A stretch of 63,978 nt of DNA, filler included, from Catajapyx aquilonaris (Eukaryota): NCBI GenBank assembly GCA_000934665.2. It is 4 parts of 4 records of this genome, joined end to end, with 100 filler letters (N's around TTAATTAATTAA, not from the genome) between each part and the next. Parts side by side here need not be neighbours in the genome. Positions count along the whole stretch, not along the records: positions 48,074 to 63,978 come from JYFJ02007354.1; 3 more parts are not named here. One strand, 5' to 3'. Each line of letters opens with the position of its first letter. The stretch's first letter is position 1. The notes beneath the pieces are model-generated. The model ran no database searches. It was given only the letters and a program-made list of their open reading frames with translations, and had not been told where the DNA came from. The position numbers and the translations under genes were made by a program. Shown here piece after piece: positions 51,116 to 63,978 of the stretch.

Positions 51116-53216
51116 TTAAGCATAGTGCTATTATGCACTTGACATATAGTGCAAGCAAGAGCTTTTATATGCATTAGCAAGTGAAAAAGACCATGTGATT
51201 CACTTTACAGTGGTTGCTTGGAGCTGTATTAGTGAGGCATGCATGTACTAGCTAAAGGTGCCATGCCACACTGAATTGAGTTAGAATATTTGCAGCTTTA
51301 ATAATGAATACCCATTGATAGGCCGGTGGCTTGTTTTGAGTTCTTCAGTTAAATGCATGACTTTAAGGTGCTGCTGCTGGATTTGGAGAGTGGCAGGAGA
51401 CGGTAGAAATCAGGTAAAACCCATGCCGTGAACATGGGAGGCAGAACTAACAAAATCTTTTGTCCACCTGATAATAATCACTTGCATAAATGAACACAGG
51501 AGATTAAACAGATTTCGTAACTCACCCATACATGCAAATCTCAAATCTTTTGCACTACAATACCAATAAATACTCCTACATACCCATATTTGTGCAGTAA
51601 GGGTTTCAACAGGCATGCCGGATTAAAAACCATGAAGCTGTGCCTGGTCGTTCCCAGAAAATGTTTTCCCTTAGTAACAGAATACACTCAATCTTGAATA
51701 TGTTTCCAATCTTGATAAATTACAGTGGGCCAGTTAATGACCCCACTGCTAGCCAGCAGTATAGCTGTATGTAAACAACTGGTAACCATGGTAATCCATG
51801 AGAAAGATTATTATGGGAGTATAATGACTATTAGCAGAAGGGCACTGCTAGCAGAGGCTTAGCAAGAGGTATCAATATGTCTGAGAAGCCTCGTTACTCA
51901 GATAATAAAATCCAAACCCAAAGTATGAAATATCCTGGTAGGTTTTCTTCCCTTCTTGCAGCCTTGCACTTTTAATAATTGAAAATGTTGCTGTGAATTT
52001 GAACTTAACGAAGGATCTTATAGAATGTGTCAGGCAATGGAAGTGTCTTCGGCTGTGTCCGCACCGTAGAACATGATGGAATGCATTCATTTGAGTAATA
52101 ATAATTTTCACAGAGATCGTTATAATATATGCTGTGCTTAAGAAAACCTCGCCTTATAATGCCATACCTTTCTTAGACTGGCATGCCGGTATAGCCACCA
52201 GATAGTGCATTTCCAAAAAACTGGTCGACCTCGACTACACCGGCATGCAGCTTTAAGTGGGTTAATATGGTAGGAGTATTGCATGGTATCACGTATAGCT
52301 TTTTAATTAAAACGAGTTCAACTTTGTTAATTTCTCATAAGTAGGAAAGAGCTCCGAGGTAATGATGACATCACACTGTCCCTGACAGGTTAAGTGGATG
52401 GTTCAGTGAAACAAGATAGTGGATAGTGGATGGACAAAAGAACTTGGCTAGTGACTAAATACTATGTGCAAGCAAAACGCATTAAAATGGGCCCAGAATG
52501 TGGTAACTGAATAGCAACCTGCCAAGGTTAGACAATTATTGAGTGTGTATTGCAGCTGCAAGCATGCCAGGGCACATGCCTACTACCTCTTCAGGTGTAT
52601 AGATTAGCATGGCATGCAAATCTAGTCGGTTGCTTGACTGGGGAAGTCACAGCAACTAAGGCTATCTGGCATAGGGGAGGGTGAGAGGGTAAGACAGATT
52701 TTTGGACAGTGGGAAGAAACAGGAGAACCCCAAGAAAATCCATGCAAACACAGAGACCCCCTCGAAACATGAAATCGCACCCTCTGTCCAACCAGGGGAT
52801 TGAACAAGGGACCTCAGAAGTGGATAGCCATTACACCATTATTCCACCCTTGCAGATCTTGTAGTAGTCAAGATGCAAGAAAAATGTCAGACTGACTGTC
52901 TTAATGTAGCACAACAGCGATGATGACAGATTCAGCTACTGCTGCAAAAAAATTACTCCTTTGGAGTCTAGATTTATTCTTCTGCTGCTTACCCAGCTGA
53001 GAAGCATACTGGCTCTGCCTTTTCAGACTACATGGATGGCCATGCAGCATCACTTCATTCAGCAGAAAAGGTAGAGAATAATGGAGCAGAGGGGTGAAGA
53101 GTAGTGACATCAGAGAAGTAGCAGACATGCAGGAGGGGAAGGTATGCAACCCCATAAAACTGCTGGAAATGTGTTAAAACTGAAAGCTGATCATGTCTTC
53201 CAAGTTACGTCCCATG

Positions 53217-53508
53217 GACAGGGTAGGCGAATTCCTGCCAGAAACTTCTAGAGCTTGTGGAGGGTCAGAGTAGATAATTTTTTGCTTAGAAACCCATGTC
53301 CAAAATTTGTCATTTCCATGTTAAAGCAGGTTATGTCTCAGGATACACCCCTTAGGCAGGCCTAAGCTTAGGGGCCTAACCTGAGACATAATCAGGTTTA
53401 ACGCAAAACGATGCATATCCAGACATGGGTTCTTAGGCAAAATGTGATCTACTCTGACCCTTCCACATGCTCTAAGAGTTCCTGGTAGAAATTCTCCTAT
53501 GCTGTCTA
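53217..53508. mobile_element. Old inverted-repeat element; a third arm-like copy lies at about 54215-54300
   Basis: AGGGTCAGAGTAGAT / ATCTACTCTGACCCT and flanking imperfect complementarity. Confidence 0.55.
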
Positions 53509-54960
53509 CAAGGCGTAACCTAGACGACATACAGTTCTACAGTACATACGTCCTACAGTCAAAATCAAGGGTTTTGTAAAAAAATCGCCAAAAAAAACCA
53601 TTAGAGACAAGAAGTTGGGACTTCATTTTCATGAATGTACATAAGTCAAAGACCGATTTGCGCCTATAATCGAATCACGTTCGTGTGTCGAAGGGCCTCC
53701 AGGGCCGCGTGACGTCACGCCACTGTCGACACGATTTAGGGCGCTGGGGTCAACCTACAACAGTCAGATTTGACCTCAGGCTTCCTTGAGGATGTAGTTT
53801 TCGTTTGAAGCAGAATTATAATTTTAAAAATTGTTTTAGTATTTTTTTGACGATAACTACCAAATTAAGCAGTTTTGAGAAAACATTTACTTAAAGTAAA
53901 AATAGAAGTAATTCGAGCGGGCTAATTCTTTTGGTCCCAACGATAGCGCCATGTTTGAGGATCAATCTGGTGAAGTGGGAAGTCCGTAGCTAAATTTTTG
54001 TGGCCTGGGCGATGTCAACAGTGTCCAAATCCGGCAAACTGAGAAAAACCTATTTAAAGTTAAAATATTCCAAAGATCATTGCCAGGTGTCGGCTCCCAA
54101 CGCGCCAATTTTTTGAATTTCAAAAAGACGCTTGATTTTTTTCAAAAATAAAAATCGAATTTTTGAAGGTTGATGACTGTTTGTAGTGCCCCCTGAAGTT
54201 TTAACACACAAACAATGCATTTCTGGACATGTGTTCTTAGGCAAAACATTACCTACTCTGACCCCTCCACAAGCTCTAGGAGTATCCAATAGGAATTCAT
54301 TAACACCCTGTAAGTTTCAAAATGCCATAACTTGGTCACACATGGGGTTCGGCCAAGTAACATCTTGGACATAAGCATTTGTATTAAAAAGCCTAATGAA
54401 TGGAATAAGTTTCAGCAAGAAACTCGAATACCTCACTTGCAAAAAACCCTCGTAAGATCAGCAACATAAAGCAAGAGAATAATACAGTATATTGCAGTTA
54501 CTGCAAAAAAGGCATATGAGATTAATGTGGTGGTAAGTTTCAGGCACATCTCTATGCTATAATTGGTAACTAGCACAACTGCAATCATAGTAGAGAGCAT
54601 CTACTGCATGGTTATGTAAGAAATATGGGTCCAGTTGCCACGACAATTAAACACACAAGAATCTTGGTCTTCCCTTAGTTATGTGCTTGTTCTCTTTGGC
54701 AATACTCCCAGACTTCTACTCCAACAATGTAGTAAAGCTCCACATAAGCCAAGAAACAAATAGGTCTACAATATAGAGAATTGCTGTACATCTCCTTTAC
54801 AGGCAATCTCAGCGCAAGGTGACTTACGTCATGTCAATCAAGTCACGGGTTGACTATGTAAATATTTCTCAACCTCTCCAGCAATGTTGTAAAATGGCAC
54901 ATTCTGGCCCACAATGGCTGACTCACGATTTTATAATACTCAGGTCTGGACACTCCCCCT

Positions 54961-55200
54961 CTTATTGCATTCAGGGGGCCAACAGTGTGGTAATGCGATG
55001 GGTGGCCACGATAGTGCTTCTCAGGTTGACTCAGGGTAAGAGCCTGCCACAAACCTAGTGGAGCTCCTCTGCATTTTAATACTAAGTGCAGAGGAGCTCC
55101 ACTAGGTTCATGGCAGGCTCTTACCCTGAGTCAACCTGAGAAGCGCTATCGTGGCCACCCACCCCATTACCACCCTGTCGGCTCCCTGAACGCCAATGAG
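54961..55200. mobile_element. About 240-bp hairpin MITE
   Basis: CTTCTCAGGTTGACTCAGGGTAAGAGCCTGCCA...TAGTGGAGCTCCTCTGCA and its reverse complement around an 11-bp loop. Confidence 0.8.
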
Positions 55201-55724
55201 TGCCAGGGGGCTGGGCTGCCCCATGATTCTGCAACCTGATGTAGTCTTTGCAGCACTTGTTGTAAACATTGGGTCAGTTCAATTCTGCTTTGAAGGGAGG
55301 AAAGCATGTCAAAGTCAGCCTTCATTACCATCCACCCTATCTACTTCAACCAGGCTCACTTTCATCAACTTACCTACCCTCAAGGCATAAATGGACGGAC
55401 TAAATGGAAATATTCGGTCTGCAGTATGACACAATCAGTGTCATAGGACCACTGGGCCAGCTATATGGTACTACCATTGTACCAAGATGCCCGCTTTAAC
55501 TTGAATCACAATCAGATTTCAGATACAGAGCGATTCTTTAGTTACTACCACAATCCACTAGCCCAAAAATTAGGGAAGACACCAAACTGCATGGCATGAC
55601 AGGAAATCACAAAGGTTCATGCACTATGCCCACAACTGGCAGCTGAATTTAAAGTCCCCTTCAGCAATGCTAAAGCTTATGAACTATCAAAGCAAAGCTC
55701 CTAATTTTACATTTGGTGACTGGG

Positions 55725-56298
55725 AACTCACAAGGAAAGTGTAAGTATTGTAAATGGAGTTTCTCCATCAAACTGGCACAATAATATAGGCAGGTAAGTT
55801 ATTAAACAAAATGCAAACAATTTATGCGGAACCATACAGGTCAAAAGTTAACTCACAAAGGACACTTTCCAAGGTCTCGCCGATTTTCTTGAAATTCAGT
55901 ACATTGGTAGCCCACCCCAAGGGATGAAAAACACATCTAAGTAACCTGCTCAAAATGACCCATTGACCCCGTTTCGGTGGGCAGAGGTCAACTCGTAAAT
56001 GCCAAAAACTCACTGATTTTCTTGAAATACGGTGCATTGGTAGCCCCCCAAAAGGGGTCACCGGGCCATTTTGAGCAGGTCACTTTAGGTGCGTTTTTCA
56101 TGCCTTGGGGGGTGGGGGGGGGGGGGGGGTTTCAAGAAANAAATCGGTGAGACCTTGGAATATGTCCCTTGTGAGTTTGAGAGGTCATAACTTTTGACCT
56201 TGTATGGTTCCGCATAAATTGTTTGCATTTTCTTTAATAACTTCCCTGCCTATATTATTATGCCAAGTTTGATTGAGAAACACTTCCCTTGTCAGTCA
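55725..56298. mobile_element. Foldback MITE, same family as 16639-17288
   Basis: Shared GGCACAATAATATAGGCAGGTAAGTTATTAAACAAAATGCAAAC arms and internal repeats. Confidence 0.75.
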
Positions 56299-56687
56299 CT
56301 CAATGGTCAGCAGCTTCTCAGTGTGCATGTAGCTTTAAAGTATACTGAAACTTCCCTTACACCAACATCCCATTATTAATCATAAGTTATGTATTGTGGA
56401 ATCATCTGCAGTACAAACAAAATTACTTTTATCTGCAATGCGTTTCTACTGGACAGGTTGTACAATTTTGGACATTATACCAATAAATTAGTCATGCCTC
56501 TCACCTCTTTTTATCAGATGCCACATGTCACATTTTCTATATATCAGCTTAGGACTAGGAGACATTTGGTGGCAAGTGAATTTGAGAAAGAAGCAGAAGA
56601 AGGTTCCCGAGCCAAAGGTGTTTTTTCACCCCCAACCAGAACCCACACAACAGGCCTACAGAGCACAGTCCCAAAAATATCCCTAAC

Positions 56688-56968
56688 CTGTTTCTGGGTG
56701 CAGATGACAGGTTCTGCTTAGGAGTTGCGGCTTGATGCTGCCTGGGGTGATCTGCACCATGCTGTACATGGGGGGAAGGACTGCCTCCTGCGCTATGCCT
56801 TTGCACTAGGCAAGGCTTGGGCTTGAAAGATGGTATGTAGCTCATCCTATTCTTGAAAACACGGCGCCTGCGTTCATCTATGTCCTGGTAGTCTTCAGTG
56901 TCACTGCTGCTTTCTCTCTCGTAAGGATGGGGCATCGGGTGGGGGGAGTGCTCCTTAGTTCCTGACAT
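56688..56968 (-). CDS. Probable first coding exon of an unidentified gene (MSGTKEHSPH...SSAPRN)
   Basis: CAGCAG acceptor just upstream of the ATG, open GC-richer frame with protein-like composition (ERESSSDTEDYQDIDERRRRVFK), donor CAG|GTTAGG. No domain recognised. Confidence 0.55.
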
Positions 56969-58863
56969 TGTCCTGCTGAAGCATGTAGGGTAAAGTGATG
57001 GGGTGGGAAAGAAAAGGAATGGTCTACAAGGTGGCTTGTACCACACATGTTCGTTCAGGTTTTGCATGATCAACCAACCAACACATTAAGAGTAGGGGAA
57101 GGGATTGGATTTCAAAACACCGTACTGACAAAATAGTGTATTTGAATTGATTTGCCCATATTAGCCGATGAATTTTCAGCACTAAGTTGCTTATTTTCAA
57201 GCAGTCACTCAAATAGTTACTCTTAGCAACTATCCATATTAATGACTGATATTAATTTAATTGGAAACATTCCTAGTGACTTCGACAGAGAAGTTTTGCG
57301 GGAAGAAATAGGTCGAAACCTTGGATTTAGATCCTAATGATGTCCAAATATGGCCTTCCCAGTGCTCTCAGCCTCCAGTGTGCAAAACATACACTAGGTA
57401 TAAATTGATATCTTACTGAAAAGTCAAATAAGCCTTCTCAAACCAAATACCAGCAAGCCCTAGCAAGTGTAGAAAATGACACACTGCTGGGTCTAACTGA
57501 AATCAAGCTGGCATGTTATAGCACCCACATTACAATGATCCTAAAATCAAACGCTTTAGTTCGTCACTAAGTCAGTCTTGTCCTGATGATGATGATAATT
57601 ATTAGAAAAACAATTAAGTAATTAGAAAAACAATAACTACAACAACTTCCAATTAAGCCTGATTAGTGATTTCCCTCCTTTGGGAACCAGCAGATTATGG
57701 TAAGACATTCACTGAAATTCAACACCTAGAAGGAATGCTTCCATGCAATCTAAAATATATTAGCAATTAAAACTTTTGATAGTCTAAAAGTTGCTATTTG
57801 AATAAAAGCAGCTCAGTGCCAATAATTGACTGTCATGAGACCAAGAAGAGAAAATACCTTCATACAATGTATTTGCAGCAGTGATGAAATTATACAGGGT
57901 GAAGGGAAACCAGCGTATAATCACCAGGTAAACTGATAGTCCTCGTAAAACTAATATAGGGATGTGCAATTAGTTTTGGGCACGTTGTATAGTAAATGCA
58001 TATGGTGTCGTTTAAGTTTCGTGATGTCACATCCGTTCCGCCAGCTTCTAAGAAGCAAAAGTCAGTCCGAGGGCCTCTGGTCCCTTGCCTTGGTCCCCTA
58101 ACACTATGTCCATGTGAAAAAAGCGATCAAATCCCGTCAGAGTATGAATCAGGGTCCGACACCCAAGCACTTTGTCGTTTTTGCCTCATATTCCACCATC
58201 CGGCCTTCTACACTTTAAGGGCGCTGTATGCATTAACTACACAACAGAGCCAAAAACTAATTCTACATCCCTATATTAGTTTTGCGAGTACTGTAAGTTT
58301 ACCTGGCAATTGTCTGCAAGTTTCCCTTCACCCCGTATAAGGACTTTTCATTTTTTCCTTGAGGGGAGGGACATGCTTCCAAGGTACACCTGGAGGAGCT
58401 GAGCAGGGTGAGTGGTGATAAAAACCCAACGTTATTATTCTTGCTTCCCTTTACGTTATTATTCTTGCTTCCCTTTAAGGCAGATACAGAATGATACCAC
58501 TGATATGTTCATTACATCAACATGTTATTATTAGGGGCTTTCTCTTACTGGCTGTATCAACGGTTCAAAAAGAATTGTCCCTCGCGTCGAGCGGGCAGCC
58601 ACGCGTCAGGATGCAAGGAACCAGTTAACTGGTTGCTTTCATCCTGACGCGTGGACTGATGATACAATAACTAAAAAAAGATACCCTTTCATTGGTCCTG
58701 CATAAGAAAATGTCGATTTTTCCTTCCAACATTCAACCAAGCCCAAAGAAAAAGAAAACATGCAATGAACAACAATTTCCAGGTTGATTCACTAGTAGTT
58801 GACCCAGCAAAATGTCAGTAGTTTTACAAGTAATACTAATATATGGAAACATAGATTTTGAGC

Positions 58864-59386
58864 CATATGGCTCACGAGTCATCGATGGTTAATGACTGTC
58901 TTGTCACGTGACAAGCTGTGCTTTTCTTATGCAGTAGCGCTGTACTGTTTCCACATGAAAGCGGTATATGACTTACACAATTGCTGTCCTGTGTGTCTTG
59001 TGAAAAAGGTATTGGATGATGAAATCATGTAAGATCTGTCAACATGAGTTTGTTGTACAATTCCGCGCCCAGCTCCCTAGCATGAAGATATGAGAGATTC
59101 AAATCTGTGATGATTCAAATTTCTTCACTAATTTCCAAATGTATTGCTTGCTAGGGGGCCAGCAGCCAAATTGCACAACAAAGTCACGTTAGCAGATCTT
59201 AATTGATTTCATCATCCAATATGTCTTCACAAGGAACACAGGCTCAGGAACTGTGTAAGTTATACTGCTTTCATGGGGAAAGTATAGCACTACTGCTTGA
59301 GAGAAGCACGGCAGGAAACATGGTAAGACAGCTAGGGGACAGTTGGCCACACCCATTAATAGTCAATGACTCGTGAGCGACATATG
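58864..59386. mobile_element. Old, diverged foldback element
   Basis: Imperfect arms (GCTCACGAGTCAT / ATGACTCGTGAGC; ATTGGATGATGAAATCA / TGATTTCATCATCCAAT). Confidence 0.6.
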
Positions 59387-59452
59387 CAACACCTCCTGGC
59401 CAGGGGAATGTTGAAGGTATGATTTGATATGAAATCTATCTGTTTCCATATA

Positions 59453-61563
59453 CAGGGTGATCAAACTTTTTTGTCGTTTTAGTTATTGACAAATTCGGCC
59501 TAAGCTGCTTATATTGTAGCCCGTTACCTGTCAACCCCGTCCGGCGGGCCAATTCAAACATCAGCACATGGAGAGTGCTTCCATTGTTGCCACTGTTTAC
59601 AAATCGAGTGAGTGACGCGGACGACCCAGCGAAGGTTTCTGCCTGCTTACACATCAGTAGCAAGGGATACGCAGGGAAAATAATGATGTTACTGAGAACA
59701 AGTCATTTTGGGGAAATGTTCCTTGCTGGACTCATAGAAAGGTTTTCGTCCACAACACACCTGCACACGAAATATATTCCATCGCTGAGGAGGTCGAGTG
59801 TCAATTAAGATAAGGGGTGTCTTAATTGAAAGTACGTCAACTGACGGATTCTTTTGGTTTTTGTGTCTTTTCCGCGTCATTCGACCACCGCTAAGACGAA
59901 TGGAGGCCATGCCGTGTGACAGAACCGCGCCTGTCTCGTAATTTGTCCCCATAAGACGCCATAATTCAAAATGGCCTCCCCATATATACGAGTACGTGTC
60001 ATTCGTGTCATATTCGCGACAGGAAGAGGAACAGGACTACTATCGGATTTTTTAATACTGGCCCCTGTGTTTGACTCTAAATAACGCCCAGCTAGGAAAA
60101 GGGTCCAAAAAACTATTTATTTATTTATTTTATTTTATTTACCCCGTGATGTCCCTTTCAGGGAGCTATAGGTGGGTAGTATACCACCATCAGTTTTTTT
60201 GACTAGTTGCCAAAGTTACGCCGAAAAGTGAATTTTTTATGACACGTCTCGTAGGCCCAAAAATTCCCCCTGTGAACCCTGGATAGTGCAAATCTTTGTC
60301 TATGTAATGATATATTTGAAACTTAGAAATCCCCATTTGTGTAATCATAATTCAGTTAATTGCACACCTCAGTTATCTCGGCCATTTATAATCCGAATTA
60401 CTTCGCAAATGTATCGACGGCAAGCCAGAAATGTGCATGATAAACTTACACAGACATCTATTACCCCAAAAATTTTAAACGTATTAAAAGGTATCACCGT
60501 CTATTCTCGCCAGAAAGCGGGCTGGGTACTTTTTTATTACTTACTAATACAATACTTTTAAATTTTTTAGTGTCAGTTAATAGAGAACGGTGTAATTTTA
60601 TAACGCACATTTCTGGCTTGCCGTCGATACATGGCCGAGATAACTGAGGTGTGCAATTGACTGAATTATGATTACACAAATGGGGATTTCTAAGTTTCAA
60701 ATATATCATTACATAGACAAAGATTTGCACTATCCAGGGTTCACAGGGGGAATTTTTGGGCCTACGAGACGTGTCATAAAAAATTCACTTTTCGGCGTAA
60801 CTTTGGCAACTAGTCAAAAAAACTGATGGTGGTATACTACCCACCTATAGCTCCCTGAAAGGGACATCACGGGGTAAATAAAATAAAATAAATAAATAAA
60901 TAGTTTTTTGGACCCTTTTCCTAGCTGGGCGTTATTTAGTCAAACACAGGGGCCAGTATTAAAAAATCCGATAGTAGTCCTGTTCCTCTTCCTGTCGCGA
61001 ATATGACACGAATGACACGTACTCGTATATATGGGGAGGCCATTTTGAATTATGGCGTCTTATGGGGACAAATTACGAGATAGGCGCGGTTCTGTCACAC
61101 AGGGCATGGCCTCCATTAGTCTTAGCGGTGGTCGAATGACGCGGAAAAGACACAAAAACCAAAAGAATCCGTCAGTTGACGTACTTTCAATTAAGACACC
61201 CCTTATCTTAATTGACACTCGACCTCCTCAGCGATGGAATATATTTCGTGTGCAGGTGTGTTGTGGACGAAAACCTTTCTTTGAGTCCAGCAAGGAACAT
61301 TTCCCCAAAATGACTTGTTCTCAGTAACATCATTATTTTCCCTGCGTATCCCTTGCTACTGATGTGTAAGCAGGCAGAAACCTTCGCTGGGTCGTCCGCG
61401 TCACTCACTCGATTTGTAAACAGTGGCAACAATGGAAGCACTCTCCATGTGCTGATGTTTGAATTGGCCCGCCGGACGGGGTTGCCAGGTAACGGGCTAC
61501 AATATAAGCAGCTTAGGCCGAATTTGTCAATAACTAAAACGACAAAAAAGTTTGATCACCCAG
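59453..61563. mobile_element. 2.1-kb Tc1/mariner-type foldback element with near-identical arms of about 1 kb
   Basis: TA|CAGGGTGATCAAAC ... GTTTGATCACCCAG|TA. Arms 59453 to about 60448 and about 60590 to 61563 differ by a few substitutions and short indels. No transposase ORF. Confidence 0.9.
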
Positions 61564-63318
61564 TATTACTTGAAAAATTATATAAATTTACCTGGGTCAA
61601 CTACCTATTGAATCACCCTACTTTGGGTGGGCGGTGTTACTTCTTAAGGTAGGAGTCTCTGCTATGCCTGCTACAATTTTTAAAAAGTCATTCACCACAG
61701 TAAATTATTATTAGTAGTGACTCCTAATCCCTGAATATAAAAATATCACCCTTAATTTCTCTCCAATTTTAAGAAATTTCTCGCCCCAAGGTACGAAGAA
61801 CCTGCATGTAATATGGGATGCAAAGTGGAGGGGGGAGGAGAAAGGATGGTTGGGTCTATCATACAACTTTTGTGTGTCCCATGTAGGCCTATATGTGTTA
61901 CAATCACAACACCTTTGACTGTCCTAGCAACTGTCCAATACTGTGGCAGAAGACCATACGCACTATTATTTGCAATAACAGAGCCATACCTATTACAAAT
62001 GCACCAGTACAGTAAGACCTCCGATATAACGCTCCTGCATATAACATTACCTTGCTTGTAACACCCTTTTTCCGGCCCCTTGATCAGCCCGGTAGGCCAA
62101 ATGGTAAATTTCCCTGCTTATAACACTTCCCGCTTGTAGCGCTTTCCTGCATATACCGTTCGATTTCCCTGGTCCCAAGACACTTATCCGGCATATAACA
62201 TTTAAAGGCGCATCATGTGCATAGGGCTTGACGTTCACCCTGCCGGCTGAGGTTCGGTCTGGGGAGAAAGAAGCTGTCTGCGGTGGACTGGTGGGGAGGC
62301 TCTGCTGAGCTAATAGGCTTGCTCCGTCCTGGCAGGGTGTGGCCTGACACCCATGGGAGAAGTGCGGGGAATACTTGAAACCAGGCTGGGAGTATGGGAG
62401 CGATGTGTAATTGACAACAAGTGATGAATAACAGGGCATTTTTTTCCATACACCTTTGAGGTATGAGGACCATTGTGGGATGGTGTAAGGAAGTGGGCCT
62501 CGCCACCAAGAGTTGCTCATTATGTGAACATTGCGGAGAGGGGGTTTATGTGAACTATGACCCTGGTTAGTCCCAAGTTTTTGGTGCTTCAGGGTACCTA
62601 TATTTTCGGGGTCCACGTGGTACGTGGGCAGGTCGGGTCAGGTAAATACGGTTTATAGGCATCCAGCTACATAGCAACAGTGACGGCATTCATTTCCCCT
62701 GGTAAAGGGTGAATTAAATGGCATTTCCCGCATATAACGAATTTTTGATTATTTTGCTATTTTGGGTGGGTCCCTTGAAAAGTGTCATGTCAAGGTTTTC
62801 ATATATTAATAAAAACCTTAAGATCACTATAAATTACCCTATGAAAACAAAAACCCAGCACAATTCTCATGACATCTGACAAGAGAAGTGTAAGTGTTGT
62901 CCGTGGAGTTTCTGAATGAAACTTGGCACAATAATACAGGGTGATCCAACTCTATGGCACCAACAGTTATTGGAAAAATCGCGCAAGCTGCTTGTTTATA
63001 AGCAGGTCGTTGTTAAGAGATACTTTCTGGAGAATCGGGAATAGCACCTGCTGATATTAGGTCCAATGCCCATGTAACAATATTAATGAGGGAAAAAGGG
63101 TCATCCGTGGGAAACAGGCCTGTTCTGGTGTTATCTGGAGGGTTTCACATGAGGTCACTAGCTGCCAAACCAGAGGCCTAATCCGTCAGAACTGGACAGA
63201 TCCGGTTGTGTCAATAAATAGGCCTTCTGGTCTGTTCATTGTTGGCCACAGTTGGCGCAACGGAGATAGGTCAACAGGCAGCGTTGTTTAGTTACCAGTC
63301 TTAGCACCTGCTGATATA

Positions 63319-63640
63319 GGGGCCATCCAGACGGGCCAACATTAGCCGCGGCCCTGGCGTCGGCCCCGGCTTGCGGAGCCACGGCTGGCCACGGTACCCG
63401 TTCAGACGGGCATATATTTTAATAACAGCCACCCGCATTTGTAATAGTGGCTGGTAGTCATGGCAGCGACGAAAAACAAGTGACGCGCAGTATCCGTCGC
63501 CGTGGCCAAGCAGCGAGCCAACTTCCAGGAAGTCGGCCAACTTGGCCAACTTCTGAGCCGTGGCCGTTGCCGTGTGAACCGTCGCGGCCTCGACCAGCCG
63601 CGGCTGGCCGCGGCTAAGGTTGGCCCGTCGGGACGGCCCC
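63319..63640. mobile_element. GC-rich PIF/Harbinger-like MITE
   Basis: TIR GGGGCCATCCAGACGGGCCAAC. The uninterrupted target (TAGCACCTGCTGATATTAGGTCCAATGCCCAT) is visible at 63042-63073. Confidence 0.75.
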
Positions 63641-63978
63641 ATTAGGTCCAATGCCCATACATGTAGGCTACCAATTAATGAGAGAATGCCCAATGCAGAC
63701 TGTACTGTTAGAACCCTAGAAGCCCTTGGGCGGCCCTCGAACAGGCTCCTTGAGTAGGGCATGTCCTGACCAGGGAGCATATACTACATAAGAGGCGCAA
63801 ACTTCTGTCGGCGCCATTGTTGTTCGCGTCTCTCAGTTTATAGGGCGTTGCCAAGGCCGGCGGCCATCTTGACGTGTGTGGTATGTCAACGAGGTGTAAA
63901 TAGGGTACAGGCAGGCCGTCAAGGTCCGCGGGGTCCGCCATCTTTGATGGTTTTGGCTGTCATGGCAATACACGGCAA

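Noticed and set aside
59436..61652. Duplicated ORFs on opposite strands (MLLMCKQ..., MLPLLPL..., MQIFVYV...)
   Set aside because: By-products of the palindrome; no transposase or other motifs.
62047..63941. ORFs of 189, 159 and 77 aa near the window end
   Set aside because: They lie in or across non-autonomous transposon sequence and show no recognisable domains.

Overview
This is eukaryotic, repeat-rich animal DNA, most consistent with an arthropod (GT-AG introns, trithorax, an ionotropic-receptor remnant, tRNA-SINEs). It is not one locus. Four contigs of about 15.9 kb (1-15933, 16034-31949, 32050-47973, 48074-63978) are joined by artificial 100-bp linkers (44 N + TTAATTAATTAA + 44 N). Contig 1 carries a complete 3-exon gene for a DUF2236/MpaB-rubber-oxygenase-like protein and a tandem paralogue that has lost most of exon 1. 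Contig 2 has two tandemly duplicated C2H2 zinc-finger terminal exons with duplicated 3' regions, an ionotropic-receptor pseudogene fragment, decayed mariner and LINE pieces, a non-autonomous Helitron and the first coding exon of another zinc-finger gene. Contig 3 has five phase-compatible exons of a trithorax/KMT2A-like gene encoding, in order, a nuclear-receptor-type C4 finger, an MBD-like domain, the GPRIKHVC motif and a CXXC finger; this is the most interesting item. Contig 4 is almost all transposon-derived, with many foldback MITEs (one is a 2.1-kb near-perfect palindrome) and one probable coding exon. No prokaryotic-type system, CRISPR array or rRNA is visible. All family assignments come from motif recognition by eye, not database searches.
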